64,000 bases of DNA from Phallusia mammillata (taxonomy: Eukaryota), in assembly GCA_965637545.1 (NCBI GenBank), contig OZ281494.1, positions 11,718,001 through 11,782,000 on the forward strand, given 5' to 3'. Both the position numbers and the translations under genes were made by a program. The notes below the pieces were generated by a model, which searched no databases, was not told the origin of the DNA, and was given only the letters and a program-made list of their open reading frames with translations. This document shows positions 1-12,732 of the stretch, piece after piece (the stretch's first letter is position 1; every line of letters begins with the position of its first letter).

Positions 1-2
1 GT

Positions 3-3000
3 CACTATTTTGCCACTCAAGAAAACAAAATACCCTTAACTGAAAATAACCTGATTCCTGGAACAATAATGGCTGCGGTATATTCTCAGGATCAAGGAAT
101 TTATCGAGCACAGATTCTTGATGTTGATGGAGAGTCCTCCACAGTAAGATATATTGATTATGGAGACAGTGAACAACAAGAACGAGTGAACATGTTTGTG
201 CTACCAAAGCAGTTTTGCGTGTTAGAGTATCAAGCTATAGCTTGCTCACTCCAAGAAGTAGCTATTTCTCCAGATCTGTGTTCACCCAAGCTGAAAAAAG
301 TGCTTACCAAATGCACTGCTAATGGTATCCTGGATATCACTGTAATAGATCACAAGTTTGACTCCACTGTTCAGTTTGAAGTCAAAGCACTTTGCGATGA
401 CACCAACATCTGTATTTTCCTTTGTAATGAGGACTTGGCTGTTGCAAAGCCTGAAACCATTAAAAATGCGGTTGAAGATAGTGTGAAACTTTGTGATCCA
501 GAAATATGTTTGGGTAAACCTTACAAAATGGTCATTACCCATGTTGATGATGATGGAAAAGTTTATCTGATGGATGTGGATAGCACTGCATCACTTGACT
601 TACTGATGAATGAAATTGCAGCTTATTGTAGCAGTTCAGATGCAGAAGATGTGGTGTATATTACTGCAGGGATGCCTTGCTGCGCTCTATATGATGTAGA
701 CATGATGTGGTATCGGGCTAAAGTTTCAAAAGTGGATGGGGACAATATCACTGTCAAATATGTGGATTATGGAAACACTGCAGTAACAACAGCTTCATCA
801 TTGAAGAAGTTGCAGAGGGAACATGCAAAGTTGCCATGTCAAGCAGTTCAAGGCAGTTTGTCGACTTGTATGACTAAAGATCGAATTGAGACACTGAAGG
901 AGCTTACTGATGAAGAAGTTGAGGTCGAATTTACAAAAGAGCAACCAGGCAATAAGTATGCAGTAAATATTGTTCATCATGAAAAACACTTGTTCTGTGA
1001 TGCTCTGACAGATAGTAATACACAACAAGATGTCTACAAAGATGAAATGATGAAATTTAAGAAATATGATTTACAAGTAGGAAGTCCGGAAGTGATCACG
1101 GTTTCACATGCTCTGCCATCAGTTGCAGGCACCGACCAAAGTTCCAGTCTAGAAAATCTATACTCACCATGCGTTTCTTTAGGAACATTTGTGAAGGTCA
1201 ATGTTTGTTTCATTGAGGACCCTGATTGCTTGTGGGTGCAGCAAGATTGCAATAAAAAGAAACTTTTTACCCTAATGTACAGCATGAATACCTACTATTC
1301 GCTGTTTGCTAAAGATCAAGGTTGCTTGGATGAGACTCGAACAGACAAGCTGTGTTGTATAAAGCTGTGTCATGTTGACAATGTGGAAGACTGGTATCGA
1401 GGCAGGATCCTTTGTAGTTATGGCAACACTGTTGAAATCAAGTTGATCGATTTCGGGAATGATATATCTGTCAATCGCGATGAGGTCAAGGTATTGGCTC
1501 CACAGTTTTTCGAACCCAAAGCACAAGCACTGAGATGTCAAATTAACAACATTCAGCCGCTGAAACAAAGGTGGGCAAAAGCAACTTTGCGCAAATTGAA
1601 AGATCTTGTACTCAGACATGGAGTCACAACCATGGGTCGCTTTATCAAGAGGCAAAATTTGACATATCACATTGACCTAGTGGTTGAAAAAGATGATCAA
1701 AAATTGGATGTTGCACAGATGTTATGTGATGGTGGCCATGCTTCAAGACTGCAACCTGTGACTGATGTTCAACTGCAAAACAGCCCAGCATCACCTGTTC
1801 AAAAGCAGCTGGATGAAAATGGCACGAAACAGGTGCCAAAATTGTTTTATCAAAGTCCAGGTATGGCAATGGTGGGTGCAGAACTTCAAGTTAATGCATG
1901 CACAAGTAAATCTCCAGATGAGTTTTTTCTTCAGATTGTTGATCAAGCATACCGGCAAAGATACATTAGGCTTTTTCGTAAACTGTACAACTTTTATTCT
2001 AACAAAGAGTCAGTTGCTGGACTAAGTGGTGAGATTTACGTTGGCAAACCCTGTGCTGTATTTGATAAGAAAACTGGTGATTGGTGTAGGGCTGCAATTC
2101 TGACCTTCAATGAACTAGACAATGTTACACTGTGCCTTGTTGACATTGGAAGAATAACTTTTGCGGCGGTTGCTGATCTTTATGAAATTAGTGTCGAACT
2201 GGTCAGTGCTGAACCACCAGCTGCACTTAGATGCACCTTGCAAGGCACTGTGTATCCAACTGGGGGTGAATGGAGTGATGATGCTGTTGAATTGTTTCAG
2301 GGATTTTTCCGACAAAATACGCAGGAACTGGTGTGCACCATCCACGGCTGCTTAGGAGACACTATTGGTGTAGCATTTATGTGCAGTCTCAAGACACCCA
2401 GCACAAATATAGCTGTAGAATTGATTAAAAGGGGATTTTGTCAACAGATTCCAGTGATTGGTACGCTTGCTCCTCCCCTCTGGCTCAAGTCTTACATTTA
2501 CACCAATTTAGATGTCACCCGAGGAAAAGAAGATGTCTTTCACATCACACATGTTGAAAACAGCAAGTTGTTCTATTGTCAACTAGAAAGAAACTTTGCT
2601 GTGTTCGACCAGATGATGGACAAACTTCAGGATCACTGCTTACACGACAATTCCCCTCTGATGTCTGTGGAGGAAATTACACAGGAAAGCATGTGTTTTG
2701 CAAAGTTCCAGAGTGAACAGTGGTGCCGAGCACATTTTGTCTCAACATTGCCTGATGGAAATGTGCAAGTTCTGTTTGTGGATTACGGAAATGTAGGAAG
2801 TGTCTGCTGGGGAGAGATTAAACGGCACTCTGGTAACTTGTTTTACCAAGTTCCGATTATGGCTCTCCCCTGCTGCTTATCAGATACAGTACATGTTCAA
2901 ACAAATAGTGAGCATTCCCAGCAAATTTGCAGTAGTATGAAGGAAAAAATTCTAGAGAAACTGTTCACTGGCATTGTCACAGGCTGCACCAACGGAAAAC

Positions 3001-6000
3001 TGCACCTCGATTTGTTTGAAAAGGGAAAACGCATCAATGATGAGATTGTGGGCAATCTTTTACAACTGCAAGCACATCCAGTAAAGACCTCTTCAAGCTC
3101 AAGTTTGGATACTGATGAAGACATTATTGGTTCTCGACTCCATGCTGAGCTATCTGATGCTTTTTTTCTTCGCGTTGGCAGCAAAGAACCTGTTTTAGTT
3201 ACAAATTGCCTGAATCCTCGTCATTTCTATCTTCAACTCTGTCGTTTAAAGATGGACTTGCATCAATGTAAAGAAGCAGTTGATGGATTCTACACAGCTG
3301 TACGAAATTCTGACTACCCTGTTTTTGAATTAAATCCTGGTAACACAGTTTGTGCCTGGCACGAAAAAACTACAACATGGTGCAGGGCTACTGTGTTAAG
3401 TGTTGCTCACCCGACAGATGAGTTTGTGGATGTATTGTATGTTGATACAGGAGACTATAGCAAAGTTGACAAAAACATGCATGTAAAGCAACTGGTTGAA
3501 GAAATGTTGAAATGGCCTAAAATGTCTGTTTCATCTTCTCTTGCTGGAATTCAACCAAAACCTTTGACCAAGTGGTCACCAGATGCAATAGCCCTTTTCA
3601 ATAGTGCCACTGAAAATGGTTCTTTATGTGCAAAGTTTTTACACAAAGATGACTCTGGGACTTGGATGATCAAACTTTATTCAGATGATGTCGACATTGC
3701 TCATAAATTGGTTGAAAATGGCTTTGCCTCCTGGAATGAGGAAGAGTGCAGAGCATTTGACATTCATCCAGTATCCCTTGCACTGAAGTCAACATATCTT
3801 ATGCCAGGGAAGACTGATGAGGTCTACATCAGTCATGTTGATTCTCATGAGATTATCTTCGTTCAGAAGGCCGAGACTTACAAAAATCTTGAAAAAATGA
3901 TGGCTGACATCAACAAAGGTAATGAAAAGTTCGAAAAATTATACAAAATCCCAAATGCTGGGAGTATATGTCTTGCCAAGTATGAAGTGGATGGGCTACT
4001 GTATCGAGCCAGAGTTGCTGAAAGGATTTTATCCAATTACATAGAAGAAGCTATTTTGTTTGTTCAGTTTGTTGATTATGGAAATGCAGCCAGCCTATCA
4101 GTTGACAAAGTGTACCAATGCCCAGCCAAATATTTAAAGGAACCAGAGTTTGCTGTTCGATGTAAAGTTTTAAATGTACCGTCTGGGTTGGAACAAAATG
4201 AGGTTATATGCAAACTTGGAGACCTGTCTACATCTGAAGATATCACCATACTCTGTTCAACCAACTGCCTTGATTCTACAGAAAACTGTCATAAGGTTAA
4301 CTTGAAAGTTAAAAGGATGGATGAAACACCACTGTCATTGCCTGGTTTTTGGATGGGTAATGCAAAATCTGATGCAAAGCCGTCAGTAAACAATGATCTG
4401 CCTTGCTATAAGGAAATGGAAAACCTGGAAGGGCTGTCAAGCAAGCAAGTTTACATTTCCCATGTAGTAAATCCTGGAGATGTGTACTGCCAGTTGTCAG
4501 AGCACTGTGACCAACTAGAAGTTCTTTCTAACAACATTTCAGCATACTTCGCAGAACATGCTGATGATGCAAATGACAAAATATCCTTACTTGAAGCTAT
4601 TTCAGCCGGCAGCTCATGTGTTGCAAAATTCAGCTCTGACGAAAGCTGGTACAGAGCAGTTGTAATCAGGATTCTAGATGACATGGTGTTAGTTCGTTTT
4701 GTTGACTTTGGCAATGAAGAAACTGTTGCATTGTCTGATATTCGGCACTCCAAAGTCAGTTTCTGCTTGTATCCCATTCAAGCAATTCACTGCAACCTGA
4801 TATCTGTGCCCAGCAGTGAGGGTAAATGGAGCAAGGAACAGATCAATGCATTTGATAGGAGGGTTGCTGCATTGGAGCTTACTGCTACTTTTCACAGCTT
4901 TAATGAAGAGGAAAAGATATATCAAGTAATGTTGCGACTGCCTGACGGCACATTGCTCAATAATGAGTATGCAGATCAGTCAGAACAGGACAACAAAACA
5001 TCTCCAAACGAAAGTCATTTGAACAAGAATACTAAGCTACAAACCGAACCCGAGGCTAATGGAATAGCTTCAGAGGAAAAGGTTATGACAAACTGCCTCA
5101 ATAGTGAAAACGATTTAATCAACAGACTTGAAATTGAACCTGGCTGTGTAGAGTCTGCATACATATGCTTCGCTGAGGACCCAGGAAATTTCTATACACA
5201 ACTTGCAAACTGTGAGGAAACATTGGAGAGCATTCAGCGATGTGTAAATGCGGATGCTTCAGAAGATGTAGTCAGTGATGTAGTTCTTGACTCCTATTGT
5301 GTGGCACAAAGTCCAGAAGATGGGCAGTTCTACCGCGGAAAGATTATTGATGTTTACCAACCTGAAGCAACTGTGTTTTTCATTGATTATGGCAATAGGG
5401 CTTCTGTCAAATGGAGTAATGTGAAACCAATTTCCGCAAAGACTCTGGAATTTTCTGCCCAAGCTATTCCCTGCTACTTGGCTAATCTCCCTGTTTATTC
5501 AAGTGAGGCAGCCATCAAGAGGGCTATTGATCTTTTTCTCAGCACAACACTTGACAATAAAATCACAGTCACATTTCTGGAGCTGAAACCGAATGGTCGT
5601 TGGAGAGTTAACATACAAATTGATGACCATGGTTTATCTCAGCAGTTACAGTTCGTTGAAGAAGCCAACATTAATGAGGTTACCACAAAACCTGGTGTGA
5701 TTCAAGTTGCAACGGAATCAAATGAAGTTGATGCGCCTGGTTGCCAATCCTCTGACACTTCAAGCAATCTCGAAGATAATGCCAGCTCGGTATTGGAGAG
5801 TGGCCTTGACAGTGAAGCTGACAAACCATCTTCTCCACATCTTTCCCCAATTTCATCTTCAACAACTGTTAGTCGAAAAAGCAGATTTGATGTATGCAAT
5901 GAACATGATAAACAACTACCAAAGAGGGAATTCTGTGATGGTGAAATTCACAAAGGAATCATAATCTTAGCCAGCAGCACCGCTCATTTCTATATACGTC

Positions 6001-7722
6001 TTGATAGTGATCCCAGCATCAAAACACTGATGGAGGATATACAGTATCCTGCAGAAGGTGACAACATTAAGGGTTTGTGCATTGCTAAGTTAAAACCAGA
6101 GGAAAACTGGCAGCGTGCGGAGGTCGAGAACAAAAGTGATGGCACCAAAACTTTATTTTTTGTTGATACAGGCAAAGTAATGAACAGCAAAAGGTTCTTG
6201 GTTGCAACAATACCTGATAATCTTGTGAATATTCCTGCTTCTGCAATTTGCTGTAGTTTACTGGACACTGACATTTTGAATGGTGATGAACATTTTGCAG
6301 GTGATGTTGTTGGCCAAAATGTGTTGATAACATTCCGAGCAGTTGAAACATATTATGTTTCAAACTTTACAATTCCCAAATGGCGTGTGGAGCTTTTGCT
6401 TCTTACACAGGTGCCAAGACATAATCCTAACCTCAAAACAGAAAAATCTGACACTGAACCTGGTGGGTTTGACCCCTGTGCAGTTTCTACTCCCCTGCTT
6501 CCAGATATACTGATTACAGGTGTTGACGGAGTGAAAAAGCCTCAAAACCAGACAAATGACTTTCAAGCTGTTGAAGGAAATCACAGTTCTGTACATGCAT
6601 TATTGCTGCAGCTGAAGAACATGATAGTTCAAGAAGCACCAAATTCAAAACTGCTTGAACAAACAGAGCATATCCTTACCAAAACTGCCAATTCTTCTGA
6701 ACAACCCATTCACCCATCAACAATTGGTGCAGATGGCGATAAGAGTTTTGCAACCACTGAAGCTCAAGAAGATCATAAGCGCCCTAGCTCGCCCCTCAAG
6801 GATGCAATTGAAAGTCCATGTAAAAAGCCAAGATTGGATCAGAATGTATTGGTTTCCCCAAACACCAGAGATCAGCTGTTTTCCAATGAATGGTTGACTG
6901 TTTCTCAACTCTTGCCAAAAGCCCCTATTTGTGAAGGTGATGTCCATGAAGGCTTTGTGTCTCATGTGAATACGATTCAGAGCTTCTACGTCCAACCATA
7001 CTTTCTCATTGCTGACAGAGAGCCCTGCTCTATCATCAAACCTGCAGAATCTGCCGAGGTATCTATGCTGTGCTTGTTTAAAAAAGATAATCAAGATGAA
7101 TATGACCGATGTGTAGTTCTCCATATTGGATGTGATTGGTTTACAGTGGGCATGATTGATTCAGGGGAAATAATTGAAGTTGAAAATCAGCAGCTTTTCA
7201 CAATGCCAGATGAGTACAAATCTTACCCACCGTTGGCTATACATTGCTCTCTTTCTCTGGAAAATCATTTAGATGAAAGCTCAGATGATTCTTTGAAGCT
7301 GTTTAAAAGTTTGACTGAAGGTGAAAAAAACCTACGAGTTGAGTTCATAAACCCCCCCTCTGATAATTCAACAAAGTGGACAGTCAAACTGACCATTGAT
7401 TCTTCAGATGTCTCTGAACTTTTGGTAAACACCCTATCTACCAAACCTAACCAACCCACAGATGAAAATGTTTGCCCAGCAAAGGTTGTGAAGCCAGCAA
7501 GAATTTCTGGTGGACCTTTATTGGATATTGGCCCCACCTTCCGTAGTTTGGCTTCAGTATCACTGCCATCCATCTCAGAGGAGGATGTTGAATCAGTAAA
7601 GGGCAACACTTACATTATTAATCCCCTTCCAGTCCCAATGTCATCTGAGTCTTCACTTTCTGTTATATCAGACAGTGTCTTTGTGTCAGAAAATGAAGCA
7701 AGTGAAATGGATCCTTCACCAG
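3..7722 (+). CDS. Giant Tudor-array exon (>7.7 kb)
   Basis: ORF 69..7748 reads through a CCAG|GTAAGA donor at 7722/7723. The last residues of the ORF (KSNILKS*) are intronic. Confidence 0.9.
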
Positions 7723-10684
7723 GTAAGAGTAACATTTTAAAATCTTGATTTGTTTGCAATCATTTTCATTACTTTGTGCCTAATTTTTTGTTTTGTGATC
7801 CAGAAACCAAGCTTAGAATAATCTTTTAATTTTTTTTTGTAAGGAGATTACAATTAAATCTTGAACACAAAATAAATATTTTATTGTTTGTTTTTGTAGA
7901 AATACCGAAACAAATATCATGGAACATATACCACAGTTCTTCTGAGAAAACTCCAAATGAAATTGATCCTCTGAGGTATATCCTATAAGTACTATTTTAT
8001 TCATTTCAACTTAATGCTACAAAATACCTTTAGTCACAGCCAAGATGCCAAGTTTCCTTCTACTGAAGATAAAGAAGCAGGTAAAGATGAAGGTATGTTT
8101 ATCATGAAGCTGTTTCAAATAGATTTGTTAAAGTTTAAGCAATCATTTTTAGAACAACCTGTTCTGTGTTTGGAAACTGAGATTGACCAACTAGTCAGAG
8201 AACTTGTTAATTCCTCTCTGACACCAAATGAGGTATTGGCTATTTGTTTGATGACTATGAACCTGTTTTCTATGCGATTTTATTTTATAGAAGTTTTCTG
8301 TTTTTGAGGAACCAGAAAAGCAGAGTCCTATATTAACAGCGCCTGTACCTCTTGGGAATAGGTATTTGTGATTTTTTCTTTAAGAAAAAGTTTGCTATGC
8401 TATCATAACGTTTTTTAGGTTAAATACAAATAAATTCAAACAATGGCAAATCTGTTAATCACTTAATGAACTCTTGATTATGGCAAAAAAGTTTTTGTGT
8501 GTAGAAGTAGAATCAAATTGTATGTAGAATACCAGATCAGTCTTTTAAATGCATTTTTCTGTGGTTTTGAAAATGGCACAAATAAATATCGAATTAAATT
8601 TAACAACCACTTATATAAAGCTTGGTGGCCTCCAATTCTGAGGATGATGAAGACGAGGATAAAAATGTGCAAGCAGATAATTCACAAATGATTGAAGATG
8701 TTGACTTTATGAAGATTGCTGAGAATATTGTTCAACAAGTTTGCAACAAAGCTGTGGCAATTGTGGGAGAGACGTGCAGCTGTGCTTCTATTGACATTTT
8801 AAAATCTACTACTCAGTCAGAGAATACAACAAATCCTAATTGGAAAACACTAGAGAATGACAGCAACGAAAATGATGTTTCAAACCAAACAGCTGAATCA
8901 GCAAACAAGGAAGCAGATAGTTCTGAAGAAAAATGTGATATTGATGTTGAATTTAATACATCAGAAAAGATGACAAGTGAAAAATTAAAAGAAGATAGTG
9001 AAGAAGTTTTTCTCAATCAAGAACAAATTACAAGTAGTGAAAACTTGAAAGCAGAACTAAAACCAGAAAACAGTGTTGTGGATTCTAATATTGCCCAAGA
9101 AGTTGCAAAAAAAGAGGATACTGAAGAAACAAATGATGAGACAGGACTAGTTGTGGAGATTGCATTGAATTTGTCAGAGCTTACTGATTCAAAATGTGAA
9201 TCCAATGACAGCCATCTGTATGAAGAAAACAAAAGTTCCTGCATAACAGTTTTGGTTGAGGAGGGCCCTGACCTGACTCCCAATCCTGTTTCACAAATTT
9301 CTCTTGACTTGGATTTGGAAACTAGATTGCCATCGTTTGTAACAGCTTTTCAAGGTGAAGATGTAAATACTGAAGCACCAAAGGTGGAGGTGGAGGTTAA
9401 TGAGGGAGATGTTGAATTTCCTGAGATTGTTGTGAGTGAATGCAAAGGTAAAATGACTTTTGCTGCAAATTTATGTTTTGATTTATCATCCCTTTGTTAG
9501 CTTAAAATATTATTTGTGTTATCATGCAAAAATTTAAATATACATAAAAAACAGTTTTGTTAAAACTTTTGATGAAACAAATGTGTTTTTTTTGGTTTGA
9601 AAGCATATCAATGTTTAGATGACATCAGTACCAAAACAACTGACATTGAAGCTAATGAAGAAAATGCTGTTCAAGAAGCTATTTCAGGTTTTGTTACACC
9701 ATCCTTTGCATTCTTTTGGTAACTAAATGTCATTCTTTTGGTGTTTATTTTAGTTGCAGGTAAAATAACCGAGGACGTTATTAAGGATGCCATACAAGAA
9801 AGTTTTAGTCCTGATGCAATAAAAGGTTTGTAACTGGATTTTAATACATGTGTCTTATCCCTATACAGCAGTGGTTCCCAACCTGGGGTTCGCGGACCCC
9901 CAATGGGTCCGTGAGATGGTTTTAGGAGGTCTGTGGAGGCAAACTTTCTTAGTACCATTAACCAGCAGTACAATATTGTTAAGTTCCCAAACCGTTTTTA
10001 CAATCCTGCATACAAATGCAAACTGTTATTTAACCTTTGGTTTAGAAAACTTTTTCTGTGACTGTTACTTCCATTGTGACATCACAACACACATGAACAA
10101 TATAACTTATAGTGCTTTGTTTCAAGTATTGTACACCAGAAAATTTATCTCTTCGTTGCATTGACTGCTACAGTACAGAACTTTATTAAGATTCAAGGAC
10201 TCTGAAGGTTGATTAAAATTCTGCCCCCCAAAAGCCGAAAGTATAACAACGTATAATGCAGGAAAAGAAAAACATAACAGTACTAAATTACGTTGGGGGT
10301 AAAAAATTTATAAAAGGGGTCTGTGACTACAAAAAGGTTGGAAACCACTGCTATACAATCTTATAACTTCAGATCAGTTTCTGTCTACTCCTAAACACTC
10401 TGGAGCAAGCCAAGAACCCGAGGAAACATCAATTTACAGCACACCCCTCTCAGAGTACAATGACGGTGAATGACAAAAATTTTATCAGGGACTTAGATAT
10501 TTTTTTCAACTGCAAACGTTTGTAACTTGACTTTCATACTTTTCAAGGTGATAGAGATCGTGATACTCATGATGTCACATTGACTCATGGCTGTGATGAT
10601 AATTCTGACACAAGGAGTCCGCAAGATGACTTGTTGTTTGTCAGTGCCAGAGAAGATTCTGATAAGTCCCAGATTTTTGTGTGA
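3..10684 (+). CDS. Multi-Tudor domain protein (Drosophila Tudor / TDRD6 / TDRD15-like germ-granule scaffold), 5' truncated, multi-exon
   Basis: The frame is open from base 3 (HYFATQENKIPLTENNLIPGTIMAAVY...), so the ATG at 69 is probably internal. I count 11 extended-Tudor motifs of type C-x-A-x(4-7)-W/Y-Y/C-R-A...[FY]-[VI]-D-[YF]-G. Exons with consistent phase: <3-7722, 7900-7975, 8034-8092, 8153-8232, 8291-8361, 8621-9447, 9619-9687, 9754-9825, 10373-10465, 10548-10684 (TGA). This gives at least 3067 aa. The 8361-to-8621 junction (AAG acceptor) is the least certain. Confidence 0.9.
8621..9447 (+). CDS. Large acidic (E/D/S/N-rich) exon of the Tudor gene tail
   Basis: Matches ORF 8622..9500. 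Phase-2 acceptor ATAAAG|C and phase-1 donor AAAG|GTAAAA. It joins in frame to the downstream 69/72/93/137 nt exons. Confidence 0.75.
9869..10350. mobile_element. hAT-type MITE (482 bp)
   Basis: TIRs CAGTGGTTCCCAACCT / AGGTTGGAAACCACTG. 8-bp TSD CTATACAG / CTATACAA (7/8). Removing the element plus one TSD leaves a 57-nt intron, like its neighbours. Confidence 0.9.
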
Positions 10685-11234
10685 AGCCCTAAATTCAAGT
10701 GCCTTAACAGTAACAGACTATACTTTGCATAAATATGTTTTTCAATGCTACTGCCCTATGTTACTTAGTCTTTTGATGCAGGGTTTTTATCCAGTTGTTT
10801 TTGTCACTAGTAACTAAAAAGTCAACAATTGTTTTTTCTTTGACACATCCGGTCCTGAAATTTTCTTTGTTGTTTGAGCTTTTCAATGTGAGTTCCAAAT
10901 TGTCCAAAATTTTACATTGCCCAAACGATTCCCCAACCCTTTTGTTGCCTTATTTTCAGTTCCTTTGTTTTCTGTCCTGGTTGGTTGGTCGGGTTCTGGT
11001 GTCTTCGGTTAGCAAGTTCGTTTACTTCATGATATAATTTGTGTCAGATCGTGTGTACCACTGTAAATGCACGAAATAAATTCATTTCTACATATATTCA
11101 AGCTCCATGCATAGATACATATTTTTACAAAAACTTTTCAACAACCGATTCGCGGAGGTCAAAATCTTTAAAAAAAAAATTACATGATCAGCTCAATTTA
11201 AAACGTCGTATCCACTGGTGGTACCCAAAGATGG

Positions 11235-11377
11235 CAGTACGGTACGGTACGCAGCAAATTTCATGAAAACGTACGGTACGTAGGTATGGTACGCAAAGAA
11301 AGCTGAGGTACGGTATGTGGCACGGTCTTTCACTAGAGCGTACCACCGTACCAAAAGCGTACCGTACCACCGTACTG
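11235..11377. repeat. GTAC-rich foldback (inverted-repeat) element
   Basis: CAGTACGGTACGGTACGC at 11235 is inverted by GCGTACCGTACCACCGTACTG ending 11377. Internal GTACG/CGTAC motifs are also mirrored. Confidence 0.6.
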
Positions 11378-12689
11378 GTACGCATATTAAATGTTGATTA
11401 AACGGTCATTTTTGAATTGTTACCATTTGCAGATAATATCAAAATTGTCTGAAACTTGAATATAAGTTGTTTAAAACATGATTTCATCACAGTGTCCCTG
11501 TACCAAAATAGTGCTCAAAAAAGTTTATGACGTCACTGCTTAATAATGCGTGCTTACTGCTTACCATGCAAAAGGAGGGTTACGCGTGTAACGGCATAGG
11601 CGCCGAGTGGGCGGTGGCGGGGTGGGTTTGTAAAGCACGGTGGCGGCCACCGTGGATATTTTAATTTGTTTGTAGCGGTATAGTACGAAACATCGTAAAA
11701 TCTGAAAAAAATTGGGAACAATTTTGCTCTTAAACAAGCATGCTGGCATAAAAGCAACAAAACGCGTGGAAACTGCAACGTGTTTTGGTTAGAGCTTTGT
11801 TTATGACGTCAAACAAATTGTTGGCAGTCAATGTATGGCCATTATTATGTACAATGTGATTGCTACCATTTGTTATCGAAGAGGCATGTATTTCAGTGGA
11901 TATACAACATTTTGCATTTGAAGGAAAAATCTTTTGTAACGATCGATTGCGCGAGCTTGAACGCCCAGCCGAGTGCAACTGGTGTTCCTTTATGTCATAA
12001 AGTTTATGACGTACAGAGCCCAAATCTTGATCCTAAGTGTCTTGAATAGATGGCCTTTTCTATGCTACACCTGAAAACACGCCTAGGCTTATATGTGTGA
12101 AACATAGCATTATTTTCAATTCCAGTCGTTTGTTTACCAATATTTTGCAACAAATTCAATTGAGTTGAGTTTATTTTGCTTGAAAAAAGAAAACAAAGCA
12201 ACACAATTGAACTAAAATAATCACCAAGTCGGTAGCCTTTAGCTGCGCAGTGTTGAATAGCGCAAAGGTCGGTATGTTAGATGTCCGACAAGCATCCTCT
12301 TAATTTCTGCGTTTCAGAGCAACCAGCCTACTTTGCATAAATCGATTTTGTACACTTCAAACTTGTGATAATTACAACATAGACAGTTTGGCTACTCGGG
12401 TTCAGACGGAGGCCATTGGTATAGGCACGGGTAGCCTACATAGGCTAAGCTTTTTGTAACTGACGGCCACACAAAGACTACACGGGTTCTTTATTTTTAA
12501 GGGCCACCAGGTGTATTTTGTTTAAAAAAAGCATGGAAAAGAAATGGAATTTATGCGTCGCTTTCAATTTTCCAAGGGCGTCGCAGAATATTTCCGTTTT
12601 GTGGCTTTTGTTGTTGTATCAATAAACCTAACTTTAATAATAATTTTCCCCATTAGCTTTTATTTGCTGGTGCGTCGCAAGTCCAGAAA

Positions 12690-12732
12690 ACTTTTCCAGG
12701 GGCGTCGCAACAAAAAAAGTTTGAGAACCACT
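12690..12732. mobile_element. Truncated hAT-MITE end
   Basis: GGGCGTCGCAACAAAAAAAGTTTGAGAACCACTG resembles the right ends of the other CAGTGGTT-type MITEs. No matching left TIR found. Confidence 0.5.

Noticed and set aside
69-71. ATG at 69 as the Tudor gene start
   Set aside because: The frame is open back to base 3 and this Met lies inside a Tudor domain.
282-7609. Many 60-135 aa antisense or alternate-frame ORFs over the Tudor exon
   Set aside because: Shadow ORFs of a long coding exon, with no recognisable motifs.
7801-7830. CAG acceptor at 7803 as the next Tudor exon
   Set aside because: It leads to a stop within 8 codons; the 7900 acceptor gives a continuous multi-exon frame.
11221-11380. 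Repeated GTACG units as a CRISPR-like array
   Set aside because: No constant repeat-spacer periodicity, eukaryotic context, no cas genes.
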